DNA of 63,213 nucleotides, filler included, from Collodictyon triciliatum (lineage: Eukaryota): NCBI GenBank assembly GCA_043381765.1. It is 5 parts of 5 records of this genome, joined end to end, with 100 filler letters (N's around TTAATTAATTAA, not from the genome) between each part and the next. Parts side by side here need not be neighbours in the genome. Positions count along the whole stretch, not along the records: positions 54,770 to 63,213 come from JBHJMP010002370.1; 4 more parts are not named here. One strand, written 5' to 3'. Below are positions 55,546 to 63,213 of the stretch, one piece after another (the first letter of the stretch is position 1; every line of letters begins with the position of its first letter). The notes beneath the pieces were generated by a model. The model had not been told where the DNA came from. It was given only the letters and a program-made list of their open reading frames with translations, and searched no databases. A program made the translations under genes and the position numbers.

Positions 55546-56956
55546 CTTCAATGTGGTCTCCACCCTTCGTCATACCACTGTCTTCCTCTCTGCGGCTTTC
55601 ATCCTTCTCTTGTGAGCTATGCTTGTCTAAGTGCCCTTGACCTGTTGCAAGAGGATCACGTGTTGATTCCTTTGGATTGTGAACTTCTTGCACACTCTGA
55701 TCATCATGGTTGTCTTTGGCTTGAGATACATCTGAGGCTGAATTATAAGGTATTGTATCATTTTTCGCCTGTTCGACATGTTGAGTCACTTCTCCTGGCT
55801 GGTCCTGTGATTTGATCTCGGCTCCAGTGTTTGAATCCGCTGATTCAATTGTATCAACTGTTTTTGTTATAAGGGAGAAAAAGTTTTGTGGATGTTAAAT
55901 GACGAAAGATAATGTAATAACAGTCTGCAACTCGCCTGGCAGGACCACCGCAGTTAATATGAATAACGAATGTATCAATATGGAGGATTTTCAAGTAGGT
56001 GTAATATATTTTACTTTCGATCAATATGTTGGAGTGTGAAGTAACGGAACCCGTTGGGAAATGAAAAGAAGAAAGAAGGTAGCTGACATAGGTTGGGAAC
56101 ACAACTGACCTGGCATAATGTGTCGACTTTGTTATTTGTGCCAACTATGTAATTAGAGTGCTATAGCAACAGGGCTTCAAGCGACTCGCTAAAGGGAATG
56201 ACACGCGTGCTCTCTTGGCGTAATTCGAATACTGCAGCAAGGGGGAATAAATGATCAGTAAATGGTATGCGGAAGAGAGAAAGCAGATACGTTAGTCTTG
56301 TGGTTTTGGACAGCGACATGAAACCCCTCAGGGTTAAACTTCACTTAAATGAACGAATAAAAAAAAAAAAAAAGGAAAATTATGAACTTAGCGCCCTGGT
56401 AAATTAGCAAAAACAATGTATTATGAATAAGAGAACGAAGATAGAGGGAGAAAGAAAAAAAAAGCCTTCGCGACTTAGGCGAGCAACCTAGAGAGAGACG
56501 GGTTTATCGAAGTGAAAGGGAAGAAACATTATAAAATGGAACCATTTACGTGGGAAAACTTGTAGTTTTTTTTCCCAAGAACCGAAAGAGAAAAGAATTA
56601 AAAGGGAGAAAGAAGCTACGAGAGAGTTACTCTGCTTCAATTGCAGAGACATAAGACAGTAATTCATTCCCCTTGGACAGGCTTTCCGCCTCCCAGACTC
56701 CATATTCCGTACTGCAGTCAGGCCACCTCTTTGTTTCAGCCTTCTGCGAAAGCCGCCCACAGAACGCAACAGCTTCCGACAAGAGGACTCTCCTGCCCAA
56801 GGGCACAACGCCAAGAAGCTTCTTCCTTCTTGCCTCGCGATCTTCCCAGAACCTTGCTCCTCGAATCAAAGCCCCCTTCCACACAACACTTTCTTGGGCC
56901 TGCGAAACCAAGTCTGGCTCGGCTTCACAAGCGCACGGCTTTATCCACAAGTCCAT
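54770..56956 (-). CDS. Uncharacterised protein with a long (AETH)n His/Glu-rich tetrapeptide repeat; 3'-truncated at the join
   Basis: A large exon from about 55857 to the gap reads ...GGDHIEAKVETQPETHAEVKAETHAETH.... A probable first exon MDLWIKPCAC...SAIEAE (56956-56631) has a GT donor. Linkage through small intermediate exons is tentative. Confidence 0.6.
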
Positions 56957-58178
56957 CCCCACACACACTCACACACAAACACTCATACACACCCACACAA
57001 GCAAAAGTGCCTCGGGCTCTGATTCATGGTTGGGAGGTTCGTGGGAATTTCGCGAGACTGGGCGATTATTCCGTGATTAAAGGCTTCTTTGGTAATGCCA
57101 CAGGCCGGTGACGGGAAGGCGGGCGAGAGAAGGCAAAGGCGCCTGTGTCGCGGTTTCGACGGCAAGCCAGCGCGCTTGGGAAATTCATAAGTGGTGTGTG
57201 GTGCGGACGTTATGCGCTAAAGACATATGGGATTTCCACATAAGGTCTAACTGCCGACGTATGTGGGAAAACGGATGCACCACTCGTAACGCATTCTTGT
57301 AATGGATGTATTCGGTAGCTGCTGCGAGTGTGCTCTGGCCTCTCGCTACGAAAATGGTCATTTCTGGAAAATAAAATATTCTGAATTTATACCCAAATTT
57401 AGTCCATTTAATTACTCTTATAAATTACTTTAATCACTAATGTATAGACATGTGATGATTATAGTTGTTCTACACACCTAATTGAATTTTGTGCAGTACA
57501 TATTAAAACAAATACAACAAAGTGCCCGTGCTTTGTTGTGCAAATCCAAAATGCATATAAGTCATACTTCATCAATTATTCAATATTATATAGCATATCT
57601 AACAAATTTTTGAGACTTTAAGATATAATTACAAAATAATCCACATATAGAAAATTCAATAATTGTGTCCGTATTTGCTTTCGCCACACGTTCGCATCGC
57701 ATCCGCAACTATCGAAGGAAACACGATTGCAACGAGGGTTATCCAAGATCTGCGATGAGCTTCAAAGCCAGCACCGAGAAGGTGCCAAGGGGCAGAGAGA
57801 GAAGCGAAAGCCATATAGTCGGCAGTAATGAGAGAAAGAAGTCAGCTCTGTTATTGAGGCTCCTGGGTGTTGCTGGGGCTGACTTTCTGTCCAAGAATCC
57901 TATTTCACCAGCCTTTTCATATTATCTCTACATATTTAATTATGGCTCCCTTTGGAAATATTCAACTCTGATGTTTTCTGCCTCTAATTTTATCGTATTG
58001 TATTATCTAATAATAATAGTTGAGTCGAATAAAGGAAAAAAATCTTATTACAATGTATTTCTCTCTCTCTCTTGGTGATTAGTGTAAACTCATTTTCTCT
58101 GACGCTCGGCCGATTTATGTGACTTTTTTTTTTTATTTATTTATCTTTTTCTACTTTCGATCTCTCTGCAGCAGCAGG

Positions 58179-60320
58179 ATGGGTAACAAGCAAGGGAGCC
58201 TGAGCCGTGAGGAAATGGAGCGCCTTCAAGAGGCTACCCACTGTACAGTATTTCTCTCAGTTTAAGTTCTTTGTGTTACTGTCCTTCTGAATTCACTGAT
58301 GTGTATTTCTTTGGCTTCTAGTCAAATACATAGGGAAAAAGTATCTCTTTGTAATATTAAATCTCATTTGTCTTGGATGAGTTGAAGGTCTTTATTTTAT
58401 TTGGGCCTGGTTGCCTTCTTCCTCTTTCTTAACATAGTCGTATTATCTTGCCCTTTTTCGATACTCTATACATCACCGCTTGTCTTTGGTCTTTTAAACA
58501 CATTTAAATACAAACTAATTACTGAAGAGGGTTATTCTTTTATAAAAAAAATAATTGGTACTCTAAGCACCATCAATAAGGTCAAGGAGACATCGATATT
58601 CTTACTCTTTCTTTTAAAGAAAAATTATTTCTTAACTAAATTGTTCGATAGTTGATCATAAGGAGTTGAAGGCCATCCACAAGCAGTTTTATGCAGACTC
58701 TCCTAGTGTACTGTTTTCCCTAAAATTTTATTTTTATTTTCTCTTGAATACAAACTTTTTTTGCTGGTCATATTTTCAGACTCTATCGAGGGACGATTCT
58801 CTGCCAAAATAACACCATATGAGTCACATCATGTGTTATCAGCCTTTTTCTTTTGTTTTAGTCACTACAATATAAACCTTCGGCTCATTTATTTCAGGGT
58901 GAAATCCAAAAAGAGGATTTCTTGAGAACGATGGAGCAAATGGGGATAAAAGACGCATTCTTAAGAGACTTGGTATACTTTGAGTTTTAACTTCTCGTCC
59001 CTACACAAACAAAAATATTTTCTTGTTGATATTATCCAATATTTTTTTTTTGTTCTTTATGAAGAATGATTTCCTTTAAAAATTTTGATAGTACCAATTC
59101 CTTCATTCTTAAATCAAAATAAAATATAACCCATAGGTATTCAATGCGTTTGATGAGAATCAAGATGGGAGTATCAACTTCAATGAGTTCATCCTCGCCC
59201 TCTCTGTCATGACCCGAGGAACCGCAGATGAGAAACTAGAATGTAATCACCATATTTGCATTTTTTTCGATATACTCATGAATGAAACATTCATATGATA
59301 TCATATAATACTTTTTTTTTAATCATGACAGCCTTAGATATTATGCCATAGAATATATTTAAAGTAAATTAATAAATAATATAAGATACATAGGCAGCGG
59401 ACATTAATTCATGAAAAAGATATATATGTACTTATTTGTACACTGTTGATTTTCCATTTCCATTTTAACTCTACCCCTTGAATCGAAAGGGAGAAAAATC
59501 ATTTACAATTGCATTTGCTTCTACTTTTGTTTTACTTTTGCTTTTACTTTTGTCTTTACTTTACCAATAAAACATGTATAAGGACATCACTTGAATTTGA
59601 TATGCGACATAGTTGCCTTCTCAATGTATGACCTAGACCACAACGGTTGCATCAGCAAGCAAGAAATGGTGATTATCATGGAGAGTTTCTGTAATCTTGT
59701 GGGTGGTTTGGTGAGGATCCATGCCAAAGTCGATATACCATTTCTTTCAAGATTACCTTTTTTTTTTATGTTTTTTTCAGTCTAACAAATGAACAGCAGT
59801 TTCACACTCATATTCACTGATTGATATATCCCCACTTACATCATATCATATTCTATGGGGATTATAAGGTATCTTACGGAGGAGATGCCTACCAAACCCC
59901 GAGTCAGTTTGTGGACAAGTTTTTTGATGAAATGGACGAAAATAAGGATGGAATGATCACATTAGAGGTAATGATTGATAATATAATATACCATAATTGG
60001 GCATAACCTCGCTACACTTTGAATCGAATAAAGGAAAAAAAAAATAATATACCATAATGGATTTTTTTTTTTTTTTACTACCACATACGCTTGCAAAATC
60101 TTGCTTCACGCAGTTTGAATACCGAGCGATGTTTCTAAAAATCGACTATTAACAAAACCGTCTATCTTCTTTTCTTGAGCCCGTTTCATTGGCTTTGTCG
60201 ACTTTGCAAATAGGTAAGTGCGAAATATATTGATTTATTTGTCTTCTGTGGTTGCAGGAATACAAACGTGGGGCCCTCAAGAACCCTGATATCGTGAAAG
60301 GACTTAAGTTGTTTTCGTAA
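58179..60320 (+). CDS. NCS1: Neuronal calcium sensor-1/frequenin-like N-myristoylated EF-hand protein; 7 exons
   Basis: Spliced: [48 protein letters not shown]...[54 protein letters not shown]...[39 protein letters not shown]. Three canonical EF loops plus the degenerate EF1, as in the NCS family. Confidence 0.93.
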
Positions 60321-60362
60321 GAGGCAAGCCTCATCATTCTGACAAGGAGTTTATCCTTCCTG

Positions 60363-60363
60363 A

Positions 60364-60430
<67 letters not shown>

Positions 60431-60432
60431 AT
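60363..60432. repeat. (AAAT)n microsatellite in the NCS1 3' region
   Basis: Directly visible; contains multiple AATAAA hexamers. Confidence 0.93.
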
Positions 60433-60960
60433 AGAGAAAAAGTTATTCATCTGCATATTATACCCCACAGTTAAACCCGAAGAAAATAAAGATACCCATC
60501 ATTACATGCAGAGGTGAATGTCAGAAGCTGTTAATTCACATCAAAATCATTACATCTTGTCCAGCATTTTCTCCCAAATTCAGCTGTTTTCTTTTTTCGG
60601 TTGTATCTAGACAAAACTTAACAATATATTTATCAAGAAACGGAAGAAAGTGAGAAACCGCTTATCCAGTCTATATCTTTAAATGAATTCAACCATAAAT
60701 ATCCTTTTCTTTCACATTATTATCATCATCAGTATAAACATCATAATAGGCTAGTGGGAAAAAAAAGTACTCATAATTCTTAGGAAGCGACTTCCCTGAC
60801 TTTTCTTTACCAAGATTCATTGTCTTCCGCCTTCCTCTTTTTTTCTTTCTTTTCTTCATTCTCTTTTATTCGCCTCAAGCAGAGAGGAGATTTTCTTGTG
60901 ATTTTTTTCTTCTCGTAGAAAGAGAAGGGCGTTTGTTTATCTAGAAGAGGCTTCACAGGC

Positions 60961-63029
60961 TCATGCCTTGGAATCTGTATAATTCTGGGGCGTGGGACTA
61001 AGCTCCCTGGTGCGTGGCTGGGAGTGGGGCCTTTTGTTCTTGCTGGCCTGTACGTGAAGGAAAAGGCCAAAGAACACGGCAGACAGGCCTGTCCATTGCA
61101 GAATACCGAGGTCGTGCGAAAAGATGTAATCGGAGGAGACTATGCTGATGAGTTGCCGGATGGTCATTATCACAGAGTACGAAACAGCCCCAAACTCTTT
61201 GATGGTGGCGTAGATGAAGTTCTGCCCGATGGCTCCGCTCAAGGATAAGACAGATAAATCGTAGAGGACAGAAGGGTGGTCTCGGATGAATGATAGCGCG
61301 TCAACCCAATAGTTGTCCCATGAGAGACCTATTATAAGTCGCAGAAGGATAAATAAAATATAAATAAAAAGAAGATAAGGAACAAGATATATTAAAGAGA
61401 AGCATAGTCACAAATTTGATTGCTGCACGCATCGATACATGAAAGAATTTAAGCTTAAATCCACCACAAACAATACATTATTCTTCATAAAAATGAACGG
61501 AAGAGAAAAGATTGTGCAATGAAAACAAAAAGATATAATGTAAAGCTTATACCAATTAACAGGGATGGTGTTGACACTACATTCACATAAAACATCATCT
61601 GGTGCGTCGACATGGAATACTGTTCGTAAAGCTTTGATTGTATCGTACTTGTAAAAGAATCAAAAATGACATAAGTGAACATTAAAAACAACCCGTAGAT
61701 GGAAAGCTCCTGGTTATTTCCTCCACCAAACTCCTAAAATAAAAATAACCAGTATACGTATTACTTCATAGAGCTCTATTGTGTAATAATTTGAGGCTTG
61801 TTTCATCATAAAAAGATTGAAGGGCGATGGTGGTGATAGCCTTACATTATCAGAGGCGATTAGAAACAGCCCAGTTCCAAATGATATTGACATAGCACAG
61901 ATGTATTCATTAATTGTATATCTTCTACGAGACAAAATAACGCCCATAATCATAACTACATATTTTAAAGGTTTAGCAATGTGTGTGTGTGTGTGAGTGA
62001 GTGATAAATAGGAACTGGAATGTAAGAAAGGTCATATATCCTAATATTGTTACCTGGTATGATTTTAGCTGATTTCATAAGAACCTACAGATGGTATGTA
62101 TTAAAGTGCGATGGAGGGAAGACATTAATTTTTCTTTTAGAAAAAGACAAATGATAAGAACATATTAGTCTGTTTGCAATCGAAAATGAAGTCGCACTAG
62201 AGCTAGTATCGATGTAAAAAATATTAAGCCTAAAAAGAAAAATTAATTAAGCTCACTTGGGTAATAAAATCTATGTGCTTTAGGGCTTCGTATTGACAAT
62301 ACGTCGATATTAGATTAGAAACAGACGGATACAAGTAGACATAAATTGGGGCAGAGTGAGTTGGTTGTTGTGTCAATACTAGAGTGAGCCCGGAGACAAT
62401 CATAGCTGCCATTCGGTTTCCAAGGATACAAACGAGGGAGTAAGCAAACAGTGCATTGTCTGGGGGGTATCCGACGGTCATGCTAAATGATGTTTTTTCT
62501 TGTTATTATAAAAAAATTAGCTATTATATATCTGAGTGACATAAGGAAGTGATTAATACAAAAAAGAAAAAAGAAAAAAGAAAAAAGAAAAAAGAAAAAA
62601 GAAAAAAGAAAAAAGAAAAAAGAAAAAAGAAAAAAGAAAAAAGAAAAAGAAAAAAAGAAGGTTATCCATGAAGCAAAAATGAAAGGGGGAATCACATTTG
62701 CTCCTGAAAGATGCCCCACAAAACGAATGAAATAATCAACCCAGAGGCAAAGAAGACAAAGGTGCATTTCCGAATTCTTTCATAAGATGCCTGTGTCAAG
62801 GATTGTTAGTGTAGTAAATTAGTATACGTCAAATTTTATTAGCAAAATACGTAGTACTTTATGACGTGACCTTGAAAGAACCTGAAAATATGAATCATAT
62901 GGAGTCTACCTGCAATTGGGCTCTCTCTGCTTCAGTTAGATCAGTCGTTTCTTCTGAAGAATCAACCTCTGGATTCTGAGAGAGATGAGAATTCACCTTC
63001 TCGGTATGGTTTGCTTCATGATGTTGCAT
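60961..63029 (-). CDS. SLC35B2: Adenosine 3'-phospho 5'-phosphosulfate transporter 1 (SLC35B2/PAPST1, UAA family); multi-exon, start could be 63098
   Basis: LWGIFQEQIMT, HSAPIYVYLYPSVSNLISTYCQYEALKHIDFITQVLMKSAKIIPVMIMG, FDSFTSTIQSKLY...QMMFYVN and GAIGQNFIYATIKEFGAVSYSVIMTIRQLISIVSS follow the SLC35B2 motifs. Confidence 0.88.
62560..62658. repeat. (GAAAAAA)n intronic repeat in SLC35B2
   Basis: Directly visible. Confidence 0.93.
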
Positions 63030-63213
63030 ACGAGATTTTCCTCTCACTATATAATCATACGAATAGAAAAATAAATGATAATTTTCCGGGTGTCCCATAG
63101 TATGCCTTATAGTCCTAACGAAGTGCAGGAATATATGATCACGTAATAAAAAAAAGAAGGAAAAGAAAAGAAGCAGTGAACGCTATTTTATTAGAGTCTA
63201 GTTTGAATTTTGT

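Noticed and set aside
54773-55615. Alternative-frame ORFs (FSMG)n and (LKPM)n
   Set aside because: By-products of a 12-bp repeat lacking stops in those frames. Only the AETH frame continues far into unique upstream coding sequence with a splice acceptor.

Overview
AT-rich, intron-dense eukaryotic nuclear DNA read in the standard genetic code. The gene set and intron style suggest a free-living protist, most likely an amoebozoan (inference). It is a draft scaffold: four 100-bp unknown-size joins (44 N + TTAATTAATTAA + 44 N) split it into five segments, and four more N gaps sit in microsatellites. Spliced genes reconstructed by eye: GH38 alpha-mannosidase (partial), a secreted vanadium-haloperoxidase/PAP2 enzyme with an EGF module, PPP4R4, a BSD-domain protein, RMC1/Mic1, an unknown low-complexity protein, a giant RNF213/mysterin-like AAA+ protein (truncated at a gap), an LRR/Cys-rich/multi-TM receptor, an (AETH)n repeat protein, NCS-1/frequenin and the PAPS transporter SLC35B2. 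There are also two probable non-LTR retrotransposon fragments. The strongest candidate for a new system is the LRR receptor. Its ectodomain is built from 16 tandem, symmetric phase-1 exons of one LRR each, variable at the predicted ligand face, with duplicated introns and a mosaic exon, which looks like a recombining or alternatively spliced receptor cassette. Also notable are the RNF213-like ATPase with a myristoylation motif and an unusual N-arm, and the intron-containing haloperoxidase-EGF fusion. All exon boundaries and family assignments come from manual reading and recalled motifs, not database searches.
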